Origin: a virus
Taxonomy: Duplodnaviria; Caudoviricetes
Virus record (IMG/VR): IMGVR_UViG_3300032330_001915
Coordinates: 1-29,533 of that record
Length of the DNA stretch: 29,533 nt
Strand: one strand, 5' to 3'
A model generated the notes under the pieces. That model did no database searches and was not told the origin of the DNA. It was given only the letters and a program-made list of their open reading frames with translations. How positions within the stretch are numbered: the first letter of the stretch is position 1; every line of letters begins with the position of its first letter. Positions 17,284-26,364 of this stretch are shown here, piece after piece. Made by a program: the position numbers and the translations under genes.

Positions 17284-18615
17284 ATGGGCATATTTGACCG
17301 ATTCAGAACATCACAGCAAAAAGCACCAGAGATGGTAGAGGGATATCAATCCTTCTCAACACCATTTCTCAACATTGGTGCTGGCAATTTATCTCTTCCA
17401 TATGTAAATGGTAGACATCAGACCACCGGATGGATTCCATTTGGCGATTCGAATCTATTTCCAAGCGTATTGAATCAGCTTGTTTACTCATCGCCTCTGC
17501 ATGGTTCCATCGTTGACTACAAGACAAATGCAGTAGTTGGTGGTGGCATCGAGTTGAAACCATCCACGACCACACCTCAAGAGCTTCTTGAATTGTACAC
17601 ATTCGAAAAGAAATCTCGACTAAAAAAGACAGTCAGAATCACAACAGAGCAACTGATTGTTCACAATCGTGTATACTTCAAGCTGCACTTTGATGAGAAG
17701 ATGAAGCTCACTCGCATCGAGAACCAATCACCAGACAAGGTGAGGAGAGGTAGAGACCCACAAAGCTATTTTATTTGTGACGACTGGAGCAGCCGCATTG
17801 ATGTAATGCCGATAAAGAGATATCATCCGACTTGTACTGATCGTTGTCAGTTATTTGTATACGAGGTCGAGTGCTTGGGCCAAGAGTGGTATCCGCTTCC
17901 AAAGTACACATCGGCACTAAATTTCGCATATCTCTCTGGCGAGCTTTCGTACTTCGCAAAATCAAACATTCAAAACAGCATCTTCCCATCATTTGCCATG
18001 ATGTTTCCGAAGCGACCACAAAGCGAAGAGGAGAAGAATGTCTTGAGAAGCACCATTGACAAGATGAAGGGAGCCGCCAACTCGGGCAAAGCTGTCGCAT
18101 TTTTTGCCAACTCACAAGACCAACTACCGAAGATTGAGAGCATCCCAACCAACTCGAATGACAAGCTCTTCCAGGAGGCCTCAGGACTCAACACAGAGCA
18201 AATCTGTTTTGCTCACACCATTGACCCTATCTTGATGGGTGTACGCACCACTGGCTCACTTGGTTCTGGTAGCGATATCAAGCAAGCATATGTCATATTT
18301 GAAAAGAATGTCGTGATGCCATTGCGTGAGCAAGTGGCTGACATCTTCAATGATATCCTTCGCATTGCCAAAATCAATGCCGACTTCACGATCAACAACT
18401 TCCAAATCATCAATGAGACTATTGTTGAAATCGAAGGCGATGCATCAAAGACATCTGATGCACTCAACTCACTCAGCCCATTGGTTGCTACCAAGGTACT
18501 CGAGCAGATGACACCAAACGAGGTCAGAGCACTCGCATCACTACCACCGATTGAAGGTGGTGACATGACTCAAGCACAAGCAGCAGCAGCACAAAATCAA
18601 ACACCTCAAGCCTAA
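17284..18615 (+). CDS. Portal protein
   Basis: 443 aa; WIPFG.SNLFP, SSPLHGSI, YPLPKY, KGAANSGK, QICFAH.IDP.LMG and NEVR motifs. Confidence 0.85.
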   Translation: MGIFDRFRTSQQKAPEMVEGYQSFSTPFLNIGAGNLSLPYVNGRHQTTGWIPFGDSNLFPSVLNQLVYSSPLHGSIVDYKTNAVVGGGIELKPSTTTPQELLELYTFEKKSRLKKTVRITTEQLIVHNRVYFKLHFDEKMKLTRIENQSPDKVRRGRDPQSYFICDDWSSRIDVMPIKRYHPTCTDRCQLFVYEVECLGQEWYPLPKYTSALNFAYLSGELSYFAKSNIQNSIFPSFAMMFPKRPQSEEEKNVLRSTIDKMKGAANSGKAVAFFANSQDQLPKIESIPTNSNDKLFQEASGLNTEQICFAHTIDPILMGVRTTGSLGSGSDIKQAYVIFEKNVVMPLREQVADIFNDILRIAKINADFTINNFQIINETIVEIEGDASKTSDALNSLSPLVATKVLEQMTPNEVRALASLPPIEGGDMTQAQAAAAQNQTPQA

Positions 18616-19181
18616 TGTTGTACTTCATCACAGAAAACTATCTCAAGACCAACACACCCATCACCGCCAATGTGGATGTGACTGATGTATTTCCATATGT
18701 AGCAACTCAAGCGCAGCTTCGAGTCATGCCGATACTTGGCACCGTATTCTATAACCATTTGCTCGAGGCATACAATGACCAGACTCTCACAACAGAAGAG
18801 GAGCAGCTCGTGGCTTTCATTCAGCCTGTAATCGCTTGGAGGTCTGCCGAAGATGCTGTCTTTGGTTTGACCTATCAGCTCAAGAACAAGGGTCTCCAGC
18901 AGCAAAGTGGTGACTATTCGCAGCCAGTAGGGCGTAGCGAGGTTGCATTCGGCATGGAGCACTTCGCTCAGAAGGCTTCATTCTTTGAAATGCGCCTCAT
19001 CAGATACCTGGTCAAAAACCGAGCAGAGTATCCCATCTTCATCAGCCACGAGAATCGTGATACTGACCTTCGCCCACAAATCGAATGCGTGCAGTGCACA
19101 GGTGATTGCTTCATGAATAATGAGTGGAACTGCGGATATCCACGAAATAACGGATATAACAACCAAATGCTTGTGATCTGA
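18615..19181 (+). CDS. Putative head-tail adaptor
   Basis: 188 aa coupled to portal; FITENYLK...AQ...PILGT..Y..L helical pattern; Cys-rich tail. Confidence 0.6.
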   Translation: MLYFITENYLKTNTPITANVDVTDVFPYVATQAQLRVMPILGTVFYNHLLEAYNDQTLTTEEEQLVAFIQPVIAWRSAEDAVFGLTYQLKNKGLQQQSGDYSQPVGRSEVAFGMEHFAQKASFFEMRLIRYLVKNRAEYPIFISHENRDTDLRPQIECVQCTGDCFMNNEWNCGYPRNNGYNNQMLVI

Positions 19182-19408
19182 TGACCGAATTCGTTACCAT
19201 CATAAAAAAATACGGAGTGACTGGGGTGCTTGCTTTGTGGTTGTGGCACACTGACAGTCGACTCAATAAAGTTGAGACAGCGTTGTATGACTGCTACAAA
19301 GAGCAGAGCTATCGCCAAGCTACACACACTCGAATCGAACTACCAGAACGACTATATGCAGTGCTGCCAAATGATAAAAAAACTAATAAGCGACACACTC
19401 AAGCCTGA
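19181..19408 (+). CDS. Single-TM lysis-associated protein (holin/antiholin-like)
   Basis: YGVTGVLALWLW TM segment then a short coiled coil; first gene of the lysis cluster. Confidence 0.55.
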   Translation: MTEFVTIIKKYGVTGVLALWLWHTDSRLNKVETALYDCYKEQSYRQATHTRIELPERLYAVLPNDKKTNKRHTQA

Positions 19409-19598
19409 AGGCAAGTGGTCAATGAAGCGATTGAGCGCATTCACATCATTTTGGATGGCGATTATTTACGCATTTCTGCCGCTTCTCAAGCCATTCAAGG
19501 TGCATGAGTTCGTCTTTGTAGGGCTTCTCACCTACTCAGCTACTGCCATCGGCCTCACCGTATGGAATAAAACAATAAAAGATGGTCAAAACGTATAA
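19371..19598 (+). CDS. Putative two-TM holin (start moved to MIKKL)
   Basis: GKWSMKR followed by two hydrophobic helices and a basic tail; precedes the endolysin candidate. Confidence 0.6.
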   Translation: MIKKLISDTLKPEGKWSMKRLSAFTSFWMAIIYAFLPLLKPFKVHEFVFVGLLTYSATAIGLTVWNKTIKDGQNV

Positions 19599-20157
19599 CG
19601 ATAAGCAACTACTTGAGCGAGTCAAGTCGATTCACAACTATGTTGGTATTCCATCAGGGTACTGGATTCTTGGAGTGCGCTCCACTGAAGATACAGCCAA
19701 CAGCTTCGATGATAAATTCTACCTATTCCATGGCGAGGAGTTCATTTGGGTGACATCTGGCACCACTAACCCAGGAACACCGACTCTCAAGCAGTTTGAA
19801 AAGGTCAATAAAAATGGTGCAGCTGTGCTCAAATCGGAGCAATGGTACTATGATGTTTGGAAGTTTGGCAAGCACAATGGCAAGGTCGATGCACTTCTCC
19901 AGCTTGGAGCTGCTGTCCAGGTGTATCGTGATGCCGACAAGGATGACGACAGCGAACAGCAAGGCAAGCTCGACACCGGATACTTCGGCATCAACTTTCA
20001 CCCAAACACATACGACTTGAGCAAGCCATCAGGCACCTCGATTGGATGGTGGTCAGCTGGTTGCCAAGTGGTCAACAACGTCACCAAATACAAAGAGTTC
20101 ATTAAGCTCTGCAAGCCACAGAAATTCACCTCATATTGTCTGATAAATGAATTTTAA
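19582..20157 (+). CDS. Putative endolysin with L,D-transpeptidase (YkuD)-like catalytic motif
   Basis: GINFH...WWSAGCQV resembles the HxN-SxGC signature; lies between holin and spanin. Confidence 0.65.
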   Translation: MVKTYNDKQLLERVKSIHNYVGIPSGYWILGVRSTEDTANSFDDKFYLFHGEEFIWVTSGTTNPGTPTLKQFEKVNKNGAAVLKSEQWYYDVWKFGKHNGKVDALLQLGAAVQVYRDADKDDDSEQQGKLDTGYFGINFHPNTYDLSKPSGTSIGWWSAGCQVVNNVTKYKEFIKLCKPQKFTSYCLINEF

Positions 20158-20557
20158 GTCACTATTTTTGCTCATTCTTGTGACAAGTTGCACCGCCAAC
20201 TATCATCTGACCAAAGCTATCAAGAAAGGATATCGCTGTGATAGCGTAGCGGACACCATCCGCATCACCTCAGTGGACTCATTTCCTATGATTGTAGACA
20301 ATAAGATTGTATACGAGTACTATCACACCACCAAAGACACGATAGTGCGCTATAAGACGTCTTTTGTGCCATTGACAAGATATCAGGAGCGCATTCGATA
20401 CAAGCTCAAGCGTGACACCATTCACCAGGTGCAGAAGATTGAGGTGGCAAAGTACAAATCACAGAAAGAAAAGCCCGCATTTTGGGTGCTGATTCTTGGC
20501 TTTGTTGTTGGTATGGGTACCATGTACCTATTCAGATATTCTAAAAAAGAAATATGA
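20147..20557 (+). CDS. Putative unimolecular spanin
   Basis: Lipoprotein signal MNFKSLFLLILVTS-C plus C-terminal TM FWVLILGFVVGMGTMYLF and basic end. Confidence 0.65.
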   Translation: MNFKSLFLLILVTSCTANYHLTKAIKKGYRCDSVADTIRITSVDSFPMIVDNKIVYEYYHTTKDTIVRYKTSFVPLTRYQERIRYKLKRDTIHQVQKIEVAKYKSQKEKPAFWVLILGFVVGMGTMYLFRYSKKEI

Positions 20558-21432
20558 TTGTAAAAAAACACGCCAAGAATATCCACGAGCTTCAGCTTGA
20601 TGGTAACTTGGTAGAGATAGCGATGATATCAGACCTCCATTGGGACAATCCAAAAAGCGATTGGAAAATTCTCAAGCGTGACCTCGACCATTGTCTTGAG
20701 CACAACATCCCTGTCATGATTAATGGTGATATGTTCTGCCTGATGCAAGGGAAGGGAGATCGCAGAGGAAATAAGTCTGACATCCGACCAGAGCACAACA
20801 ATGCAAAGTACTTGGATAGTGTGGTTGAGACCGCTGTCGAATGGTTTCTGCCGTATGCTCACATTCTGACGGTAATCGGATACGGCAACCACGAAACCGC
20901 AATCATCAAGCACCAGGAGACCGACCTCCTTCAGAGATTCGTAGACCTTCTAAACTACAAAGCTGGCAGCAATGTATTCACTGGTGGCTATGGTGGTTGG
21001 CTTATTGTGCGTCAGACGTTCAACGGCAACGTGCAGATGACTACCAAAATCAAATACTTTCACGGCAGTGGTGGTGGTGGTGTAGTCACCAAGGGAGCAC
21101 TCAACTTGACTCGTGCTTTGGAGATGTATGAGGACTTCGATGTCTTCACAATGGGACACATCCACGAGAATGCAGCCCGAAATGATGTGCGTGATACAAT
21201 CACTTCGCACTCCAAGACTGGATACCGCCACCAACACAAAGACATTCATCTCATGCTAACAGGAACTTACAAAGAAGAGTACGGTGATGGGTCAAAAGGG
21301 TGGCACGTTGAGCGAGGTGCTCCAGTGAAGCCAACAGGAGGGCGCATCCTTACCATTGAGTGCCGAAGATATGAGCAAGACAATGTAAGAAAAACCGTCA
21401 AAAGTATAGATTCAATGAAATTTCCTTTGTAA
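20554..21432 (+). CDS. Calcineurin-like metallophosphoesterase
   Basis: SDLH, NGD, GNHE, FHG and GHIH motifs in canonical order. Confidence 0.9.
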   Translation: MIVKKHAKNIHELQLDGNLVEIAMISDLHWDNPKSDWKILKRDLDHCLEHNIPVMINGDMFCLMQGKGDRRGNKSDIRPEHNNAKYLDSVVETAVEWFLPYAHILTVIGYGNHETAIIKHQETDLLQRFVDLLNYKAGSNVFTGGYGGWLIVRQTFNGNVQMTTKIKYFHGSGGGGVVTKGALNLTRALEMYEDFDVFTMGHIHENAARNDVRDTITSHSKTGYRHQHKDIHLMLTGTYKEEYGDGSKGWHVERGAPVKPTGGRILTIECRRYEQDNVRKTVKSIDSMKFPL

Positions 21433-21464
21433 TTTAGTGCCGTATTTATAATACGTTGTTTTGG

Positions 21465-21488
21465 GGGAGCTTTCGGGCTCCCTTTTTT
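21465..21488 (+). terminator. Intrinsic terminator ending the late region
   Basis: GGGAGCT-TTCG-GGCTCCC followed by T6. Confidence 0.9.
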
Positions 21489-21491
21489 GTT

Positions 21492-21542
21492 TAATATATT
21501 ATACAAAATCGGCAAAAAACCGACTAAATGTATAATATATTA
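21492..21542. repeat. Perfect 14-bp inverted repeat with 23-nt spacer
   Basis: TAATATATTATACA (21492-21505) / TGTATAATATATTA (21529-21542). Confidence 0.9.
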
Positions 21543-21560
21543 CACCTTAACGGGTATTCA

Positions 21561-21621
21561 TGTCATAAAATAAGGGTAAAACCTGACGAAAATTGTCACA
21601 AAATCAGGGTAAATCCTTACG
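21561..21621. repeat. 28-bp imperfect direct repeat (24/28), operator-like
   Basis: TGTCATAAAATAAGGGTAAAACCTGACG and TGTCACAAAATCAGGGTAAATCCTTACG, 33-bp period. Confidence 0.8.
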
Positions 21622-21649
21622 CTCCAAAAATAAATGTGAAAAAAAATAA

Positions 21650-21700
21650 AAAATTTGTTTAAAAAAGTGAACATATTTGCAAATGTTGCGTATATTCGCA
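21650..21700 (+). promoter_or_regulatory. Putative early promoter region
   Basis: CATATTTG and TATATTCG near-matches to TAnnTTTG after a long A tract, before the first early gene. Confidence 0.45.
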
Positions 21701-21719
21701 GAAACAAAAACAATTTATT

Positions 21720-21905
21720 ATGGAAAAAGAACAAATTTTAGAGCTCATCCGCAGCAAAGAAGCTGAATTGTATGCGGACTTTAGATGTTGCCAAAGTCAA
21801 TATGGCACAGACCACAAGCACACCCGTTATGCTTTAGGAGCATGGGGCTCAATGTTAAATTTATTAGAAACCATCGAAACAATCGAAGAAAATGAAAACA
21901 ATTAA
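21720..21905 (+). CDS. Hypothetical early protein
   Basis: 61 aa, A-rich translation initiation region. Confidence 0.75.
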   Translation: MEKEQILELIRSKEAELYADFRCCQSQYGTDHKHTRYALGAWGSMLNLLETIETIEENENN

Positions 21906-22122
21906 GAACCTAAACCAAGACCAACGTGAGATACTTAGTGGCGCAGCTGTGATGGTTGCGGGACTCGCATTCCTTTTTTGGCTGACTACAACCGTATCAA
22001 GACCGGTGATGGACCACCCAAGCATCGACCAACAAATATATCATGAGAAAAGCTACGAGCTGCCAGCTTCTTTTGATAAGTACGTCAACCATGTGTACAA
22101 CGACAAATACAATAAGCAATGA
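21892..22122 (+). CDS. Hypothetical single-TM early protein
   Basis: 76 aa, GAAVMVAGLAFLFWL helix. Confidence 0.7.
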   Translation: MKTIKNLNQDQREILSGAAVMVAGLAFLFWLTTTVSRPVMDHPSIDQQIYHEKSYELPASFDKYVNHVYNDKYNKQ

Positions 22123-22427
22123 TTGATATCGATATCCGTGACCATGAATGCATCAAGATATTTGGCGAAGCTGCCGTTGATTTATTCGTTGAATTCGAAG
22201 ATGTGGGTGAGACCGAGACCAATGGAACAACCATGGCAAACTATGTCATCAAAGTGGGTGACAGTTATGGCGATTATAAAATAACAGAAAAACACTATTA
22301 TGAAGGACTTACAATTAAACAAACAAAAGAATGCGATGACTACCTCGCAAAGCTCTACGAGCAATGCTACTTCGAGCAAGCCTATGTCGAAGCCATCAAC
22401 GAGGATGAGCTTGATTGGTTCGTTTAA
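22119..22427 (+). CDS. Hypothetical acidic protein
   Basis: 102 aa, ATGA-coupled, D/E-rich. Confidence 0.75.
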   Translation: MIDIDIRDHECIKIFGEAAVDLFVEFEDVGETETNGTTMANYVIKVGDSYGDYKITEKHYYEGLTIKQTKECDDYLAKLYEQCYFEQAYVEAINEDELDWFV

Positions 22428-22512
22428 CCACTACCAGGTCAACCGCTTTTGGACGTCGTTCAATCATGACTTGTACAACCGAATTTGTGAAATCAAAATG
22501 CAAGAGCTATGA
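22405..22512 (+). CDS. Hypothetical micro-protein (35 aa)
   Basis: MSLIGSFNHYQVNRFWTSFNHDLYNRICEIKMQEL fills the gap and is ATGA-coupled to 22509. Confidence 0.5.
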   Translation: MSLIGSFNHYQVNRFWTSFNHDLYNRICEIKMQEL

Positions 22513-22655
22513 GATTCAAACTAACATACCACATCGGCCTCGCAGTCGTGCAAGAGTGGATATTCACCAGCAAATCGCTGGCATACTGGAAGAAGATGGA
22601 CCTGATTGAGACAGGTCGGTTCAATGATGGACAATTCAAAGTGACACCGGTATGA
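22509..22655 (+). CDS. Hypothetical protein (48 aa)
   Basis: MRFKLTYHIGLAVVQEWIFTSKSLAYWKKMDLIETGRFNDGQFKVTPV; ATGA overlaps at both ends. Confidence 0.65.
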   Translation: MRFKLTYHIGLAVVQEWIFTSKSLAYWKKMDLIETGRFNDGQFKVTPV

Positions 22656-22891
22656 CAAGAGAACAAAAACTACTCGCCCTCTGCGGCGTGCTTCCAGTGC
22701 TCGGTGACTTCATCGAGGACCTCAACGATCAAGGTGTATTCAAGCGAGTCATCAAGCAGAAGGCAACCATGCTGCTCCAGGAGATTCAGAAGGCAGATGC
22801 AACCATTCTCGCTGGTGGCAACATGGATATATTTCAGCAACAAATAGAGATACAACAATCATTTCGCCAATGGGTGGAGAAAAACTTTTAA
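22652..22891 (+). CDS. Hypothetical protein
   Basis: 79 aa helical, ATGA-coupled. Confidence 0.75.
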   Translation: MTREQKLLALCGVLPVLGDFIEDLNDQGVFKRVIKQKATMLLQEIQKADATILAGGNMDIFQQQIEIQQSFRQWVEKNF

Positions 22892-22893
22892 TC

Positions 22894-23298
22894 ATGACAA
22901 TACAAGAACTAATTGACCAAGTAAAAGAAGAAATAGAAACAAGAGAGCTATCCTTGAAACATGGTGCCATCAATCGTGCACGTCACAAGGTGTACCAGCG
23001 TTACTACTTATTCTCATTCCTTCGCTCTCACCATCTAACGATGTACGATATAGGCAAGCTATTCAATATGGACCATTCGTCAGTGGTTCATGGTGCGCAA
23101 AAAGCAAAAGAATGGAAGAACGACCGCCTATTCCTTCGCATGACCGATGAGCTGCGCCAAAAATTTGAGGCATACACAGCCATGGACTACTTGGTTGAGC
23201 GCAATATCATGCTTGATGTACTCCAGTGCGAGTCATTTTGGGAGATGAGAAAGATACAGGATGACATCAAGAAAGGGGTGTATGGCGTGACGCAATGA
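22894..23298 (+). CDS. DnaA C-terminal (domain IV)-like HTH protein
   Basis: LTMYDIGKLFNMDHSSVVHG resembles the IGxxF..DHxTVxH signature; start moved to MTIQE. Confidence 0.7.
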   Translation: MTIQELIDQVKEEIETRELSLKHGAINRARHKVYQRYYLFSFLRSHHLTMYDIGKLFNMDHSSVVHGAQKAKEWKNDRLFLRMTDELRQKFEAYTAMDYLVERNIMLDVLQCESFWEMRKIQDDIKKGVYGVTQ

Positions 23299-23472
23299 CG
23301 GATTCTCTTATATACCGATTACTGAAGAGATATCAAACACACCAAGAGCCAAAAATTTTTGATAGCGTCATCGTCACGCAAAAACGTTAATTCGCACAAT
23401 ATCAATTTTTTAAGCCTCAAGATTTGCATATTTATCGTCACGCATCGTCACAAAACAGCCATTTATCGTCAC
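23285..23472. repeat. Iteron-like repeat cluster, putative replication origin
   Basis: ATCGTCAC at 23370, 23434, 23444, 23465; inverted TGACG copies at 23288 and 23296; non-coding and AT-rich in between. Confidence 0.65.
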
Positions 23473-23509
23473 AAAATGCCTATATTTACAGCCCACAAAA
23501 CAATATTTT

Positions 23510-25909
23510 ATGAAAGTATCAATCTTTAAATCACTCTTTAACATCAAAGAGACCCCTTTTGAACTGTCTATTCAAGAGGTATACAACCGCATCAGACTCG
23601 GCAACCCCGAGCTAATCAAAAAAGTGACAACAATACGATCACTTGAGAAGGCAGACCCAGAGCATGACCGCCTCAAATCCTCACTGAACGCAATCATGTT
23701 CAATGGTACCTTCACCGAGCGCAATGACAGCAGCTTGGTTGAGCATTCTGGTCTGTGCATCCTTGACTTCGACCAATATCCAACCAAGAATCTGATGATT
23801 GAGGAACGCAAGCGACTGATTGCTGACCCTCATGTGATGATGGTATTCACTTCGCCATCTGGGAATGGGCTGAAAGCTGTCATCAGAATCCCGAAATCAG
23901 ACAAGGTAGAGCACAAGCGCAGATTCACTGCATTCGGTAAGTATTTTGACAGCGAATACTTCGATACAAAGAACAGCAACGTCAGTCGTGTGTGTTTTGA
24001 GTCATACGACCCTGACATCTACTTCAATGAGTTCTGCCAAGTGTTCGAAGGCATAGAGCAAGACCAAGGCTTCAGCTACACCGAGCGCACTCCTATCTGC
24101 ATCCTATCTGATGAGGACAAAATCATCAGCCTCATTGAGCGATTCGACCATGGCTGTCAGTTCGTTGAGGGCAGCCGCAATGAATTCGTGTTCAAATTGG
24201 CAGCAGTGCTGTGCGAGTATGGCATCTCAAAGGATACGGCAGAACAGTACATATACACCAGGTATGCTCAAGGCACCAGCTTCAGTGAGCAAGAGATGGT
24301 CACAACAGTGCGCTCTGCTTACAAAAAAGCATCCTATGGCATCAAGTACTTCGAAGATAAAGATACCTTTCAGAAGGTCCGTCAGAAGCTCAAGAGCGGC
24401 ATCACTGATGATGACATCAAAAAGCAGCTGAACGTGCGAGAGGATGTAATTGAGGATATCAAGAAAGAGATTCAGACCGGTGATGATATCTTTTGGTCAG
24501 TCAATGAGAAGGGTGGTATCACCATACAGCCATCAAATTACGCTGAATTCTTGGTCAAAAATGGCTTCAATAAGTACTATCCAGAGAACGCTGAGAAACC
24601 TACATTTGTCAGAGTCAAGGAGAACAAGGTCAAGATATCCTCAGCCGAGCAAATCAAGGACTTTGTGCTGAACTATCTGCAAGGCAAGGGCGAGATGGAT
24701 GTCTGGAACTACTGCTCACGCAATGCGTTTTTATTCAATGAGAATTTCATCAATATGATTGACAGCATCAACATCTTAATGCTACAAGATAGCAAGGATA
24801 CATCATATATCCCATTCAAGAATGGAGTGGCCAAGATATCCAAGAGCAAAGTGGAGCTCAAGAGCTACATCGATGTCGATGGCTATATTTGGGAGAATCA
24901 AATCATCGAGCGAGATTTCACCAAGCTGGATGAATGCAAGAATGACTTTCAAGATTTTGTCAGCAAGGTATCAGCAGATGACAGCGGCAGAGTCGATGCC
25001 CTGGAGACAACACTTGGCTACTTGATGCACACCTTCAAGGACAAGACAGACCAGAAGGCAATCATCTTCAATGACCAAGAGATTGATGACAATCCGAATG
25101 GTGGGTCAGGCAAGTCACTGATGTTGGCAGCACTCGGCAATCTGCGCAGAGTCGTGAAGATTGATGGCAAGAGCTTCAATCCATCCAAGTCAGATTTCGT
25201 TTATCAGCGAGTCAACCTGGACACACAGATTCTTGCATTCGATGACGTGAGAAAAGCATTCGACTTCGAGCAGCTCTTCAGCCTCATCACCGAGGGTATC
25301 ACTGTCAACCGAAAGAATAAGGATGAGATATTTATTCCATTCAACAGATCACCAAAAATTGTCATCACCACCAACTATGTCATCAGTGGTGCCGGCTCTT
25401 CTCATGATCGCAGAAGGCACGAGCTTGAGTTCTATCAGTACTTCCACAGCAAGCGCAGCCCACTCGATGAGTATGGTCGGCTATTATTCGACTCTTGGAC
25501 CGATGAAGATTGGTTGAATTTCGACAACTACATGGTGAAGAACCTCCAAAAATACCTGACAAATGGATTGATGAAAGCCATCAGCATCAACGCAGATGCC
25601 AAGCGACTCATCCAGGCAACGTGCAAGGACTTCTTTGACTGGGCTGAAGAAGGCAACCTTGCTCTTGATGTTTACTACTACAACGGAACTAAGATTCAAG
25701 AATTCACCTCCGAATTTATCTCATTCAAGGAGCTCGAGCCACGCCGATTCCTTAAATGGGTGCAATCGTATGCCGATTACAAAGGATACAATCTCAACAA
25801 AGGGCGCAACCACAACGGCAGATACTTCCTTCTCGATTCGGGAACTCCCAAACCGACTCAAGAAGCTGATGATATTTGGGATGAACTTAACGAAAAAGCG
25901 AAGCAATGA
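23510..25909 (+). CDS. Primase-helicase (VirE-N/BT4734-like domain + PriCT-like + SF3 helicase)
   Basis: HSGLCILDFD and FTSPSGNGLK; GSRN PriCT-like motif; Walker A GGSGKS, Walker B ILAFDD, motif C ITTN. Confidence 0.88.
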   Translation: MKVSIFKSLFNIKETPFELSIQEVYNRIRLGNPELIKKVTTIRSLEKADPEHDRLKSSLNAIMFNGTFTERNDSSLVEHSGLCILDFDQYPTKNLMIEERKRLIADPHVMMVFTSPSGNGLKAVIRIPKSDKVEHKRRFTAFGKYFDSEYFDTKNSNVSRVCFESYDPDIYFNEFCQVFEGIEQDQGFSYTERTPICILSDEDKIISLIERFDHGCQFVEGSRNEFVFKLAAVLCEYGISKDTAEQYIYTRYAQGTSFSEQEMVTTVRSAYKKASYGIKYFEDKDTFQKVRQKLKSGITDDDIKKQLNVREDVIEDIKKEIQTGDDIFWSVNEKGGITIQPSNYAEFLVKNGFNKYYPENAEKPTFVRVKENKVKISSAEQIKDFVLNYLQGKGEMDVWNYCSRNAFLFNENFINMIDSINILMLQDSKDTSYIPFKNGVAKISKSKVELKSYIDVDGYIWENQIIERDFTKLDECKNDFQDFVSKVSADDSGRVDALETTLGYLMHTFKDKTDQKAIIFNDQEIDDNPNGGSGKSLMLAALGNLRRVVKIDGKSFNPSKSDFVYQRVNLDTQILAFDDVRKAFDFEQLFSLITEGITVNRKNKDEIFIPFNRSPKIVITTNYVISGAGSSHDRRRHELEFYQYFHSKRSPLDEYGRLLFDSWTDEDWLNFDNYMVKNLQKYLTNGLMKAISINADAKRLIQATCKDFFDWAEEGNLALDVYYYNGTKIQEFTSEFISFKELEPRRFLKWVQSYADYKGYNLNKGRNHNGRYFLLDSGTPKPTQEADDIWDELNEKAKQ

Positions 25910-26364
25910 CACGACAACATCGACAAATCATAAAAGACCTCCAGCTCAAACACAAAATGGAAAAGTATCCAACCATCCCACCGCACCTCATCGCCCTGGA
26001 CCAATGGAATGACAACAGTGCCAATGCACTGACCAAGTCAATCATCGCATTCCTTCAGTTCAGCGGATGCCAAGCTGAGCGAATCAATACGATGGGTGTG
26101 TATCGCAAGAAATACCGCACAGATGGAGTGGCAATCGGTGGGCAATGGACCAAGGGAACCGGAACACCAGGCTCGGCAGATATCTCCGCCACGATCAAGG
26201 GCCGCTCGGTCAAGATTGAGGTCAAATATGGAAAGGATAGGCAGTCAGATGCGCAGAAAGCATACCAGAAAGCCATTGAAGAGGCTGGTGGTGTGTATGT
26301 TATTGCCCGAGATTTTGAAGGATTTTTGCAATTTTATGAGCAATTTTGCGAATCAATCAAATAA
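25906..26364 (+). CDS. VRR-NUC-like PD-(D/E)xK nuclease / resolvase
   Basis: GSADI...KIEVK.GKDRQS..Q......E.AGG. Confidence 0.8.
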   Translation: MTRQHRQIIKDLQLKHKMEKYPTIPPHLIALDQWNDNSANALTKSIIAFLQFSGCQAERINTMGVYRKKYRTDGVAIGGQWTKGTGTPGSADISATIKGRSVKIEVKYGKDRQSDAQKAYQKAIEEAGGVYVIARDFEGFLQFYEQFCESIK

